In this document: positions 8,256 to 18,616 of the stretch, one piece after another
Layout: every line of letters begins with the position of its first letter
Position numbering within the stretch: the stretch's first letter is position 1
Assembly (NCBI GenBank): GCA_963709585.1
Contig: CAVPXI010000007.1
Coordinates: 416,001-480,000, forward strand
Direction of reading: 5' to 3'
DNA length: 64,000 nucleotides
Source of the DNA: Candidatus Dormiibacterota bacterium
Lineage (GTDB): Bacteria; Chloroflexota; Dormibacteria; Aeolococcales; Aeolococcaceae
Program-made: the position numbers and the translations under genes
The notes under the pieces: model-generated
Database searches by the model: none
The model's input: the letters and a program-made list of their open reading frames with translations, nothing else
Told to the model about the DNA's origin: nothing

Positions 8256-9539
8256 TCAGATGTCGTCCGCCAACGTCTCCGCCAAAGCGGGGGTCACGGC
8301 ATTGGGCAGCACTGTATTGACATAAGAAGTGACCGCCTCTTTGAGGCCGACGTCGTGCCCGGCGGCCTCGGAGAGATACCAACGGTGGTCGAGCACCTGG
8401 TGGAATACCTCGGCGGGCTCGAGCCGGCTGCGAAGCTCGGCCGGGACTGCGGCAACGGTGGGCTCGAAGACCTCGCTGAGCCAGCGGCGGGCGGCCACCC
8501 TCTCCGAGACCGGCGCTCCTGCCGAAGCCTCCAGCTCGGTTCGGTATCGGGCAAGATCGCCCAGCAGTCGCCGCGCCTGGTTCTCCTGGACCTCGAGGCC
8601 AGTCAGGGCTCGGAGGGTGCGGATGTGATGGCCGGGCTCGACGACTCGGGGCTGAAGGCGCATGCGGTACTCGCCACCCTGCGCAAGCACTTCGACCTCG
8701 TCGACGTCGAAGCCCAGAGCATTGAGCCGTTGCAGCCGCTCTTCGATCCGGTAGCGCTGGTCGGGGGCGAAGGCGACTTCCTGGGTCAGCTCCGACCAGA
8801 GACCTTCGTAGCGCCGGCGCAACTCCTCGGCGGCACCAAGTGGATCCATGCGATGAACGAGCCCCTCAGCCGTGATGTCGAGGAGCTCGCCGGCGATGTT
8901 CTCCTCGGCCACCATGACATCCTGGTTGCGCTGGCCGTCGCTCAGCTGCGGGTGGAGCTCGCCGGTTTCGGTGTCGACCACGTATGCACCCAGGGCTCCG
9001 GCATCGCGGCGGAACAGCGTGTTGGAAAGGGAGCAGTCACCCCAGAAAAAGCCGGCGACGTGGAGCCGGATCAGCAGGTTCACCAGGCTGTCGAGGAGGC
9101 GGTCGCTCAGCGCCTCATCAGCACCCGTCGCCCCCAGAACCCGGCGATAGGGCAGCGAGAAGTCGAGATGCCGGGTGATCAGGATGGCGTCGAGCCCGTC
9201 GTCCAACGACGTCCGCAGGAATGCCCCTTCGCCGCCAGTGCCGCCGCCGGCCCGGCGATCGGTGACCAGCCCGGCGACCTCGACCACCGGAATGAACAGC
9301 CGGTCGAGTTCAGCGAGCAGCCGGTACTCACGCTCGGCCAGGCGGCGGGATAGTTCCTTGAGCGCGTAGATGGCCTCGCCATAGCGGACGAATCGGACCA
9401 CGTGGCGTGAGATCCCTCGCGGGACGTCGACCAGGCGCTCATGCCGCCAGGCGGCGAGCGGAAGGTCCCAGGGCAGATCGAGGAAGTCGGGATGGCCGGT
9501 GCGCCTCCGCATCTGGAAGTCGACTGCCTGCGGTATCAC
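8256..9539 (-). CDS. DUF4032 domain kinase-like protein
   Basis: LDLPWDLPL, GISRHVVRF, FFWGDCSLSNTLFRRDAG, HRWYLSE. Start uncertain (9539 or 9512). Confidence 0.85.
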   Translation of the reverse strand: MIPQAVDFQMRRRTGHPDFLDLPWDLPLAAWRHERLVDVPRGISRHVVRFVRYGEAIYALKELSRRLAEREYRLLAELDRLFIPVVEVAGLVTDRRAGGGTGGEGAFLRTSLDDGLDAILITRHLDFSLPYRRVLGATGADEALSDRLLDSLVNLLIRLHVAGFFWGDCSLSNTLFRRDAGALGAYVVDTETGELHPQLSDGQRNQDVMVAEENIAGELLDITAEGLVHRMDPLGAAEELRRRYEGLWSELTQEVAFAPDQRYRIEERLQRLNALGFDVDEVEVLAQGGEYRMRLQPRVVEPGHHIRTLRALTGLEVQENQARRLLGDLARYRTELEASAGAPVSERVAARRWLSEVFEPTVAAVPAELRSRLEPAEVFHQVLDHRWYLSEAAGHDVGLKEAVTSYVNTVLPNAVTPALAETLADDI

Positions 9540-9605
9540 TGATGGCCTCCGAGGTCCACCGCGCCACGGCAACCCCAGGCGCGATGCGCGTCCCTGTCCG
9601 CCGGC

Positions 9606-10151
9606 TTAGGTCGTCGCCGCAGCCGGCACGTTCGCCTCGACGAGCTCGCCCTGGATGGTGATCTGAATTTCGCTGCCGACCACAAGCCTGCCATCCATGA
9701 GCATGTCGACGTTGAGACCGAAGTCCTTGCGCAGGATCTGCGTCTCCGCGCCGTAGCCGATCCGGTGGCCCATGTTGGGGTCGTTGAACTCTCCATAGTT
9801 CACGACTGCGAGGGTCACCGGTCGGGTGTTGCCCTTGATGGTCAGATCGCCAGTCATCGTGTATCGATCCGATCCAGCGCTTTCGATCTTCGTGCTCTTG
9901 AACGTGATGGTCGGAAAGTGTTCAACGTCGAGAAAGTTTGACGTGCGCAGATCGTTGTCGCGGCGTTCATTGTGGGTGCGAATACTCGCGGTCTGGATGA
10001 CCACCTCCACGGACGACGCCTCAGGATTTTCGACGTTGATGTCGCCCGACGCCTGCACGTCTGTGAAGTTGCCACGCACCGTCATCATGCCCAGATGCTT
10101 GACGGCGAACTCGACCTGCGTGTGCATCGGGTCCAATTGCCAGACGCCCAT
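9606..10151 (-). CDS. YceI family protein
   Basis: WQLDPMHTQVEFAVKHLG, RDNDLR...FLDVEHFPTITF, GDLTIKG; AGGAGG RBS. Confidence 0.92.
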   Translation of the reverse strand: MGVWQLDPMHTQVEFAVKHLGMMTVRGNFTDVQASGDINVENPEASSVEVVIQTASIRTHNERRDNDLRTSNFLDVEHFPTITFKSTKIESAGSDRYTMTGDLTIKGNTRPVTLAVVNYGEFNDPNMGHRIGYGAETQILRKDFGLNVDMLMDGRLVVGSEIQITIQGELVEANVPAAATT

Positions 10152-10469
10152 GAGCAACCTCCTGTCACGCGTCATCGTCGGCAGGGCATCGTAACGCTCG
10201 GGGCGGCACGCCGGCGTGTCTCGCCTGGACCGGTTCACCCGTGTCGTCGCCATCCAGTTCGGCTGGGTCCCGATCACATCGCCCGACGGCAATGGCTGGC
10301 CTCAGGGTGTCTGGGTCTCCTGCAGGAACTGATGGCCGCGCCGAAATCTCTCGGCAGTCGTCCCGCCACCCCGGTTTGATCGTCTGAGCCCACGCCTTCG
10401 GCTCTGATGCGGCGGTGACAATTCGCTGACCACTGGGACAGACGGCCCCGCGATGTAGAGACTGGCTCC

Positions 10470-11654
10470 ATGAGCACCACGGTCGACCCGAAGTGGTTCA
10501 CCGCGCCGCCCGGCCACTATCCGCTCGGTCCTCCGACAGCCTCGACCGATCGGTTCTTCGACATGGCGGCGGACCTCCTCTGTATCGCCGGGGTGGACGG
10601 CTACTTCAAGGTCGTGAACCAGGCCTGGAGTGAGGCACTGGGCTACCAGGATGGTGAGCTGCTCCAGAGGCCGTTCGTGGACTTCGTACATCCTGAGGAT
10701 CGGCGGGCGACGATCAACGCGTCATCCCAGGTCGCCAGCGGCTCCAAGCTCGTGCACTTCCGCAACCGCTATCGATGCAAAGACGGCACGTACAAATGGC
10801 TTGCGTGGTCGGCGTCGGCGGCGCTCAGCGACGGATCGATCTACGCGGTCGCACGCGATGTGACCGACGAGGTCGCCACTCAGGTCAACGTGCAACAGCA
10901 CCGCGATGCCCAGAGAACGCGCGTGCTGGGCGTCATGTCCGAGAACGCCATCCGGCCGGTCTTCCAGCCGATCGTCAACATCACCACGCTCGAGGTCGGC
11001 GGGTACGAGGCGCTGTCGCGGTTTGATCTCGCATCGGGAGCCGGCGGCTCGCCCGAGCAGTGGTTCGCGGCGGCTGAAGAGGCAGGACTGCGTTCCCAGC
11101 TCGAGATCCACGCGATCCGCAAAGCGGTGGCCCACGCGTACCAGCTGCCGTCCGAGGCATTTCTTTCTCTGAACGCCTCGCCTGTCACGCTGTTGCGCGA
11201 GGACTTCAGCCGCATGGTCGAAGCGCTGCACGGGGAATGCCTTGTCGTGGAAGTCACCGAGCATGCCGCAGTCGAGGACTACGAGCCGTTGCAGCGTGCG
11301 ATCGATCGTCTGCGCCACCACGGGGTGCGCCTCGCTATCGACGATGCCGGCGCCGGCTTCGCCAGCCTCAAACACATCGTGCATCTGCTTCCCGAGTTCA
11401 TCAAGCTCGACCTGTTCCTGATCCGCAACATCCATGAGGATCCCGTCAAGCGCGCGGTGGTCGCCGGCATGCTCGGCGTCGCGGCGCAGATCGGTGGCAA
11501 GGTCATCGCCGAGGGGGTCGAGACAGCCGACGAGTTGAGCGTGCTGCGCGAACTCGGGGTCGAGTGGGTTCAGGGCTACTACTTCGGGCGTCCGGGTCCG
11601 CTGCCCGCCGCCGTCACCGCCACCGGTTCGCGCTCGCCGACGCACCCTTCCTGA
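10470..11654 (+). CDS. PAS + EAL c-di-GMP phosphodiesterase
   Basis: PAS (FVHPEDR, YKWLAWS) followed by FQPIV, YEALSR, EVTE, DDAGAG, IKLD, AEGVE, QGYYFGRP. Confidence 0.92.
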   Translation: MSTTVDPKWFTAPPGHYPLGPPTASTDRFFDMAADLLCIAGVDGYFKVVNQAWSEALGYQDGELLQRPFVDFVHPEDRRATINASSQVASGSKLVHFRNRYRCKDGTYKWLAWSASAALSDGSIYAVARDVTDEVATQVNVQQHRDAQRTRVLGVMSENAIRPVFQPIVNITTLEVGGYEALSRFDLASGAGGSPEQWFAAAEEAGLRSQLEIHAIRKAVAHAYQLPSEAFLSLNASPVTLLREDFSRMVEALHGECLVVEVTEHAAVEDYEPLQRAIDRLRHHGVRLAIDDAGAGFASLKHIVHLLPEFIKLDLFLIRNIHEDPVKRAVVAGMLGVAAQIGGKVIAEGVETADELSVLRELGVEWVQGYYFGRPGPLPAAVTATGSRSPTHPS

Positions 11655-11690
11655 CCTCGGCGGCCGCGAGGGCTGTCGTAGGATGGCTCG

Positions 11691-11915
11691 GTGGAGGAGG
11701 CAACGCTCGCGGTCGCGTCTGGGGAGCTCGAGCAGCAGCTGGAGGGACAGCGGAAGGCGTTGACCGGCTACTGCTATCGCATGCTCGGCTCGCCGTTCGA
11801 GGCCGAAGACGCGGTGCAGGAGACCATGCTCCGCGCCTGGCGCGGGTTCGACCACTTCGAAGGCCGCGCCGCGCTGCGTTCCTGGCTGTTCCGGATTGCC
11901 ACCAGCGTCTGGTAG
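11691..11915 (+). pseudogene. Truncated ECF sigma factor (region 2 only)
   Basis: [28 protein letters not shown]...SWLFRIAT then stop; no region 4 before the next gene. Confidence 0.8.
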
Positions 11916-12041
11916 GACCGCTCTGCGAGCGAGAACTCATCGGAGATCGACCGATGAGTTCCTGGAGCCGGCGTCGTCAGTACAGACAGGGAACGCAATA
12001 TTGATAGCAAGCCACACGCACATCACGAAGGAGCCGACACA

Positions 12042-12599
12042 ATGCCAAGAAAAGTCGTCGCCAGCACATACATCACCCTCGACGGCTACATCGACGAGCC
12101 CGGCAAATGGTCGTTCCCGTTCTGGTCCGATGGGCTCGCGCAGTTCAAGGCACGAGAGCTGTTCGCGAGCGACGCCCAGCTGCTCGGACGTGTGACCTAC
12201 GAGGGCTTCGCCGCCGCCTGGCCCACCATGGAAGGCACCGGCGAGTTCGGCGAGAAGATGAACAGCATGCCGAAGTACGTCGCCTCGCGCACCCTGGAGA
12301 CGGCGTCGTGGAATGCGACGATCATCAAGGGCGACGTCGCCGAAAAGGTTCGCGAGCTCAAGCAGGAGGACGGTGGTGACCTGCTGATCGGCGGCAGCGG
12401 CCAGCTCATCGACTTCCTCACCGGGCACGACCTCATCGACGAATACCGATTGATGGTCTATCCGATCGTGATCGGCGACGGCACGAGGCGCCTGTTCGCT
12501 TCGATACCGCGGCGAACCTTCACGCTCGTCGAGTCGGCGAGCTTTGCGAATGGCGTGCTCGTCAACACCTACCATCCTGTAGACGCGAGCGCGGGATAG
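12042..12599 (+). CDS. Dihydrofolate reductase / RibD C-terminal family protein
   Basis: TLDGYI, LLGRVTYEGF, IGGSGQL, DLIDEYRLMVYPIVIGDG. Confidence 0.9.
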   Translation: MPRKVVASTYITLDGYIDEPGKWSFPFWSDGLAQFKARELFASDAQLLGRVTYEGFAAAWPTMEGTGEFGEKMNSMPKYVASRTLETASWNATIIKGDVAEKVRELKQEDGGDLLIGGSGQLIDFLTGHDLIDEYRLMVYPIVIGDGTRRLFASIPRRTFTLVESASFANGVLVNTYHPVDASAG

Positions 12600-12641
12600 C
12601 CGAGGCGGAGCAGCGCTGTCCAGGCGCTCGACGGCGCGCCC

Positions 12642-13619
12642 CTACGACGCCAGCAGGCGTGCCACGGTTGCGGGATCGAAGTTGCCGCCGCTGAGGACGA
12701 TCACGGTCGGATGCTCGGCGCTCCCGGGCGGCACTCTCCCGGTGCGATAGGCGGCCAGCGTCAGCGCGGCGGTCGGTTCGATGGCGAGCTTCAACCGCGT
12801 CCAGGCCACGCGCAGGGCGTCTTTGAGCTCGTCCTCGGAAACCGTCACGATGTCGCGCACCAGCGCGTCGCCGACGATCACCTCGAAATTCCGGTTTCCG
12901 ATCGACTTGGATTTCACTCCCTCGGCGAGGGTCGCCGGATCCGATGCAAGTGAATGAAGGGTTCCCGCGTGCAGGCTCTTGGCCGCGTCATTCGCGACTT
13001 CGGGCTCGACGCCGATGATCGCCGTCTCAGGCGAGAGGGCGGAGATCGCGAGTGCGATCCCGGAGATTTGACCGCCCCCACCGACCGGGACGACAACCGC
13101 GCCTGGCGCCGCAAGGTCTTCGAGAATTTCGAGACCGACGCTGCCGGCGCCATGAATCACATCCCAGTCGTCGTAGGGATGGATCAGCCGCAGCCCCTGG
13201 GACGCTGCGATCTCCTCGGCGATCTCCTCTCGGTTGTCGTAGGTGACGCCGTCAGACACGAGCGTGGCTCCGAAGGATCGGATCCCGGCGATCTTCGCCG
13301 GGGTGACCCCTTCTGGGACGACGATCGTCGCTTTCAGGCCTGCGGCCTGAGCCGCGCATGCCAGCGCCTGTCCGTGGTTTCCCGAGCTGTGCGTGACCAC
13401 GCCGGCAACATCCGGTTCGCGTTCGAGGAGGCTCAGCACCGCGTTGAAGGCACCGCGAGCTTTGAACGAGCCGGTGAGCTGCAGCAACTCCGGCTTGACC
13501 ATCAACCCCGGCGAGATGTCGGTTCGCAACAGCGGCGTCCTGCGAACGTGGCCCTCGATGCGGGCTGCTGCCCGGCGGATCTCCGCGAGGTGCTCAGCGC
13601 CAGGCGAGTGCTGTGCCAC
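12642..13619 (-). CDS. PLP-dependent threonine/serine dehydratase family protein
   Basis: TGSFKARGA, HSSGNHGQA, PVGGGG, LSGGN. Confidence 0.9.
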   Translation of the reverse strand: MAQHSPGAEHLAEIRRAAARIEGHVRRTPLLRTDISPGLMVKPELLQLTGSFKARGAFNAVLSLLEREPDVAGVVTHSSGNHGQALACAAQAAGLKATIVVPEGVTPAKIAGIRSFGATLVSDGVTYDNREEIAEEIAASQGLRLIHPYDDWDVIHGAGSVGLEILEDLAAPGAVVVPVGGGGQISGIALAISALSPETAIIGVEPEVANDAAKSLHAGTLHSLASDPATLAEGVKSKSIGNRNFEVIVGDALVRDIVTVSEDELKDALRVAWTRLKLAIEPTAALTLAAYRTGRVPPGSAEHPTVIVLSGGNFDPATVARLLAS

Positions 13620-13625
13620 TCCGGG

Positions 13626-15104
13626 TCAGGACGAGACCGCGACGGGAATCTCCAGCGCCAGCTTGTCCATCTCGAGTTGCGCCGGAACGTCGACCGGATA
13701 GGAACCCGTGAAGCACGCGAAGCAGAAGCCGTTGCCGTCGGGCTGTCCCATCGCGCGGCGCAGACCGGCGAGACTGAGATAGCGGAGCGAGTCGGCGCCG
13801 AGCATCGCGCCGATCTCGCGCTCGGTGTGACCGGCGGCGATCAGCTCACGCCGCGACGCGATGTCGATACCCATGAAGCACGGCCACGCGATCGGCGGCG
13901 ACGCGATGCGCATGTGCACCTCGCTCGCGCCGGCGCGGCGCAGCTCGTCGATGATGCGGCGCGACGTGGTCCCGCGTACGATCGAGTCGTCGACGAGCAC
14001 CACGCGCCGGCCTTCGAGCACGTGGCGCATCGGGTTGAACTTCAGACGGATCCCGGCTTCGCGCAACCGCTGGGTTGGCTGGATAAAGGTGCGCGTGATG
14101 TAGCGCGACTTGATCATGCCTTCCGCAAAGGGCAGCCCCGCCTGCTCCGCGTATCCGATAGCCGCCGGGGTGCCGCTGTCGGGCAGGGTGATCACGATGT
14201 CCCCGTCCGCGGGCGCCTCGCGCGCCAGCTCGCGGCCCATCTGGCGCCGCAACTCGTACAGCGACTTGCCCATCATCACGCTGTCGGGCCTGGCGAAATA
14301 GATGAATTCGAACGAGCACATCGCGCGGTGCGCGGCAGTCCGCTGGATCTTGGTGCTGCGCATGCCGGAGGCATCGACGGTCACGATCTCCCCGGGCTCG
14401 ATCTCGCAGAGGAACGTCGCCCCGACGACGTCGAGCGCACACGTCTCGCTCGCCATCACGTATCCGGTGCCGCCGGGCGCGTCGATGTCGCCGAAGCGGC
14501 CGAGACACAGCGGGCGGATGCCGAGCGGGTCGCGCGCGGCGACCAGCGAATCCTTGGTGAGGAACACGAGGCAGTACGCGCCCTCGACACGGGGCAGCGC
14601 TTCCGCGAGCGCCTGCTCCAGCGTGTCCGCCTTGGTCTGCGAGAGCAGTGCGCCGAGCACCTCGGTGTCGCTCGTGGTCTCGAAGCTGAAGCCCTTGGTG
14701 ATCAGCTCGTCGCGCAGCTTGGTGGCGTTGACAAGGTTACCGTTGTGCGCGATCACCACCGGACCGATCGTCGGATGCTCGACGGCTAACGGTTGGGCGT
14801 TGAGCAACCGCGCGCTGCCGGTGGTGCTGTAGCGCGTGTGCCCGATGGCGATGTTGCCCTTGAGGCCGTCGATGATCTCCTGGTCGAACACCTGCGAGAC
14901 GAGGCCCATCTCCTTGCGGATGCGAATCTCGTGACCATCGCTGACCGCGATACCGGCGGACTCCTGTCCGCGATGCTGCAACGAGTACAGGCCGAAGTAC
15001 GTCAGGTTGGCGACGTCCTCGCCCGGGTGGAACACCCCGAAGACGCCGCATTCCTCATGGAGATGATCGTCGTCGAAGGCGTCCATTCCGGCCTGATCAC
15101 TCAC
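13626..15104 (-). CDS. purF: Amidophosphoribosyltransferase
   Basis: HEECGVFG propeptide site, LQHRGQESAG, GHTRYSTTG, VDDSIVRGTT, CFACF. Confidence 0.97.
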   Translation of the reverse strand: MSDQAGMDAFDDDHLHEECGVFGVFHPGEDVANLTYFGLYSLQHRGQESAGIAVSDGHEIRIRKEMGLVSQVFDQEIIDGLKGNIAIGHTRYSTTGSARLLNAQPLAVEHPTIGPVVIAHNGNLVNATKLRDELITKGFSFETTSDTEVLGALLSQTKADTLEQALAEALPRVEGAYCLVFLTKDSLVAARDPLGIRPLCLGRFGDIDAPGGTGYVMASETCALDVVGATFLCEIEPGEIVTVDASGMRSTKIQRTAAHRAMCSFEFIYFARPDSVMMGKSLYELRRQMGRELAREAPADGDIVITLPDSGTPAAIGYAEQAGLPFAEGMIKSRYITRTFIQPTQRLREAGIRLKFNPMRHVLEGRRVVLVDDSIVRGTTSRRIIDELRRAGASEVHMRIASPPIAWPCFMGIDIASRRELIAAGHTEREIGAMLGADSLRYLSLAGLRRAMGQPDGNGFCFACFTGSYPVDVPAQLEMDKLALEIPVAVSS

Positions 15105-17317
15105 GCTCTATCAACGCTCCTTCATGCACCCTGCGCACGTCGGCGAGTGACGCGTCGATGCACCCGGTCACACCGACCCTCTCGCCTCCGACGGAGCCGA
15201 GACCACGGAAGGGGACCGAATGCCGCCCTGCCAGCTCGTGCAATCGCACAAGTGCCTCCCTGGCGAAGCTGATGACGAATCGAGATTGACTTTCACCGAA
15301 CAGTATACCGGCCGCCCCGGTATTCAACCCTGCATCCTTCCCAAGCTCCTCGATGCCCACCCAGGCGCCTATGTCGCCCAGCAGACACGACTCGGCGATC
15401 GCGATCGCGATCCCACCCTCCGCGCAGTCGTGTGCGGAGTGGAGCAGCCCGGCGGCGATGGCATCGAGGACGAAGCCGTGCACGCGTCGCTCGAGGTCGA
15501 GATCGAGATGGGGCGGGACGCCGGCGTTGACCCCATGGGCGATCCGCTGGTACTCGCTGCCATCGAGCTCGGCTTCGACAGGCCCGACCAGCGCAATGAG
15601 GTCACCATCGTCGCGAAATCCCGCGGTGCATCGCTGCGTGACGTCGTCGATGACCCCCACCATGCCAATGACAACGGTCGGATCGATCCCGGTACCACCC
15701 GTATCGTTGTACAGGCTCACGTTGCCGCTCACCACCGGGATCTCGAGCGCCCTGCAGGCGGCACCGATGCCATCAATTGCGTCGTGGAGGTCCCACCACA
15801 CGTCGGCGTGCTCGGGATTGGCGAAATTGAGACAGTTGGTGATTGCGGCCGGTTTCGCGCCCGTGGCGACGACATTGCGCGCCGCCTCGCACACGGAGAT
15901 CATCGCTCCCAGCCGCGCATCGAGCGCGGTATACCGCGAGTTGCCGTCGGTCGCCAGCGCGAGCCCGAGCGACGTGCCGTCGACGCGCACCAGTGCCGCA
16001 TCACCACCGGGAAGGATCAGCGTCGCGTCGCCGACCTGATGGTCGTACCGCCTGTAGACCGATGCGCGACTCCCGAGGTTCGGGCTGCCAAGGAGTTGGA
16101 GCAGTGCCTCGTCGTGGCTCCACGACGGCATCGGACCGGGTGCTGCGGAAGGTGCAGGGGGGTCCGGGCGCGGACCCGGGGAGCCGCGCGGCGGCGCGCC
16201 GTCGACCAGGAGGTCGAGGGGCAGGTCGCAGACACGATCGCCGCCGTCGCGGACCACGAAACGCTGCTCGGGAAGGATCACCGCGACCACGTCAGAGTGA
16301 AGGTCCCAGCGCTCGAACACCGACTGCAAGGATCGAACGTCATCCGGCCTGGCCACGATCAACATGCGCTCCTGCAACTCGCTGAGCATCACGTCGTACG
16401 GGGTCATGCCGGTCTCACGGCGCGAGGCGCGCGCGACGTCGACCTCGATACCGCACCCGCCGCGATGCGCGAGTTCCGCGGTGCTGCCGCAGAGCCCGGC
16501 CGCGCCAAGATCCTGCATCGCGATCACGCGCGGATCACCGGCGAGCTCCAGGCACGCCTCCATCAGGCACTTCTCGAGAAATGGGTTGCCGACCTGCACG
16601 GCGGGGCGGCGCGCAGCACTGTCCGCGTCGAGCACCACCGAAGCGAAGCTCGCGCCGTGGATGCCGTCGCGGCCGGTGTCGGCGCCGACGAGGAGCACGA
16701 GGTTGCCCGGGCCGCTTGCGGTTGCGCGCGTCAACCTGCCCTGCTCGACGACGCCGACGCACATCGCGTTGACGAGGCAGTTGGTCCGGTACGAACTCAT
16801 CGAAGTACAGTTCACCGCCGACCGTCGGCACGCCGATGCAGTTGCCGTACCCGCCAATTCCGGCCACGACCCCGTCGAACAGATGACGCTGGTGGGGCTC
16901 GTCGAGAGGACCGAATCGCAGGGAATCGAGCAGCGCAACCGGGCGCGCGCCCATCGTGAAGATGTCACGGAGGATGCCGCCAACACCGGTCGCAGCACCC
17001 TGGTACGGCTCGATCGCGCTGGGGTGATTGTGCGACTCGATCTTGAACACGCAGGCAAGACCGTGGCCGATGTCGACGGCGCCGGCGTTCTCGCCCGGCC
17101 CCTGGAGCACGTGCGGCCCTTGCGTGGGAAGCGTGCCGAGCAGCGGCTTGCTTGTCTTGTAGCTGCAGTGCTCGCTCCACAGCGCGCCGACGATGCCGAG
17201 CTCGAGGCGATTCGGTTCGCGCCCGAGCGATGTGACCAGGTGCACGTATTCGGCGCGGGTGAGCGCCACCTCCGCAAGGTCGGCGTCGCTCGCCACCGCG
17301 ACCTGCACGCTGGTCAC
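15097..17317 (-). CDS. purL: FGAM synthase large subunit, +1 frameshift at 16793-16798
   Basis: [42 protein letters not shown]; GTGA overlap with purQ. Confidence 0.95.
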
Positions 17318-18033
17318 GAAACGGCCGCAACCGGCATCGCACCATCGCGACTGACCATCTTCGCCACGCTGTTGAACAGCAGCATCCCGTCCGAGGATCC
17401 GAGCAGCGCTTCGCACGCCCGCTCCGGGTGCGGCATCATACCGAGCACGTTGCGACGCTCATTGACGATACCCGCAATGTCGTGCATCGACCCGTTCGGC
17501 GATGCGTTCTCCACCGCCGATCCGTCCCGCCGCACATATCGAAACGCCACCCGCTGCTCGCGTTCCAGCGCGTCGAGCGTCTCTTCGTCAGCAACGAAAC
17601 GCCCCTCCCCATGCGACACCGGAATCTGCAGAACATCCCCGCGCGCACACCCCGCGGTGAAGGCGGTATCGATAGTCTCCACGCGCAACCAGGCGGGTGC
17701 GCACCGAAACTCCAGCGAGCTGTTGCGCGTCAGTGCCCCCGGCAGCAGATGTGCCTCGCACAGGATCTGAAACCCATTACAGATCCCCCAGACGAGTCCC
17801 CCAGCACTCGTAAACTCGGCAACGGACTCCATCAACGGCGCAAAACGAGCGACGGCCCCCGCACGCAAGTAGTCGCCATACGCGAACCCACCAGGGAGAA
17901 TCACGCAATCAGCGCCGCGCAAATCCCGATCCTTGTGCCAAAGCATGACCGCTTCATGCCCCGCAAGTTCGACCGCGTGCCGGCAATCGCGATCCGACCA
18001 AGTCCCCGGAAACACCGCGATCCCAAACCGCAT
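17314..18033 (-). CDS. purQ: FGAM synthase glutaminase subunit
   Basis: [34 protein letters not shown]. Confidence 0.97.
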   Translation of the reverse strand: MRFGIAVFPGTWSDRDCRHAVELAGHEAVMLWHKDRDLRGADCVILPGGFAYGDYLRAGAVARFAPLMESVAEFTSAGGLVWGICNGFQILCEAHLLPGALTRNSSLEFRCAPAWLRVETIDTAFTAGCARGDVLQIPVSHGEGRFVADEETLDALEREQRVAFRYVRRDGSAVENASPNGSMHDIAGIVNERRNVLGMMPHPERACEALLGSSDGMLLFNSVAKMVSRDGAMPVAAVS

Positions 18034-18348
18034 CAGCAGTGTCCCACGCACCACGTCGAGAACAGTTCCCGATCGGTGCCGGGCGCCCACGCCTCGAGCG
18101 CCCAACGTCGAAACGAGTGGACGGATTCAGCAAGGGCCGATGAGGCGATTCCCGTAAGGGAGCTGGTTAGCGGGTCCCAGGCGCCAAGGTGCCCGTTAGC
18201 CGCGAGTTCCGTCCGAACGGTGGGGAGGGTGTCGGCGGAGGCGGGCCATCTCGCAGCCGGGGCTACCCCCCCGGGCGAGAGTGAGGGGCGGAACGGCGAA
18301 GGCGTTCCGACCCCGTGCCCGCCGTAGTCCACGCCCTCCCCACCGTTC
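18034..18348 (+). other. Structured intergenic element (REP/MITE-like or ncRNA)
   Basis: Nested stems 18119-125/18208-214, 18215-232/18331-348, 18240-246/18317-323, 18249-254/18275-280, 18289-295/18303-309; CCC-GTAA-GGG hairpin at 18151. Confidence 0.65.
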
Positions 18349-18616
18349 ACGACGCCTGCTCGGTGAGAGCGCGCACGCCCGAGATGCGCGAGTCCTCGAT
18401 CACCGTATTGCGCAGCAGTTGCTCGCACATCTGCTCGACTTGATCGCGAGCCGTGGCCTCATCGCCGGCTTCGACCTCGACCTCGAGGTACTTGCCCACG
18501 CGCACCGCGCGCACCCCGGCGAACCCAAGCCGATGCAGCGAATCGCGCACCACGAGACCCTGGGGATCGTTGACCACGGGCTTCAGAGCCACGATGACCT
18601 CGACCGCAAAGGTCAT
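18347..18616 (-). CDS. purS: FGAM synthase subunit PurS
   Basis: LKPVVNDPQG, VRVGKYLE, MCEQLLRNTVIED; ATGA overlap with purC. Confidence 0.95.
   Translation of the reverse strand: MTFAVEVIVALKPVVNDPQGLVVRDSLHRLGFAGVRAVRVGKYLEVEVEAGDEATARDQVEQMCEQLLRNTVIEDSRISGVRALTEQAS

Noticed and set aside
1-12600. Prophage or integrative element in the accessory region
   Set aside because: No integrase, transposase, phage gene, tRNA or att-like repeat is visible within the window.
15097-17317. purL and other split genes as pseudogenes or programmed frameshifts
   Set aside because: Both halves are conserved, no slippery heptamers are evident, and most breaks share one sequence context, which points to sequencing error.
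18105-18148. Hammerhead ribozyme (GAAAC ... CCGATGAG)
   Set aside because: The core reads CCGATGA rather than CTGATGA, and I could not build stems I and III around an NUH site.
18033-18428. 131-aa ORF, or a ZTP/PRPP/purine riboswitch, between purS and purQ
   Set aside because: The ORF overlaps purS and has no recognisable motifs; riboswitch consensus motifs are absent and the wobble pairs favour the antisense strand.
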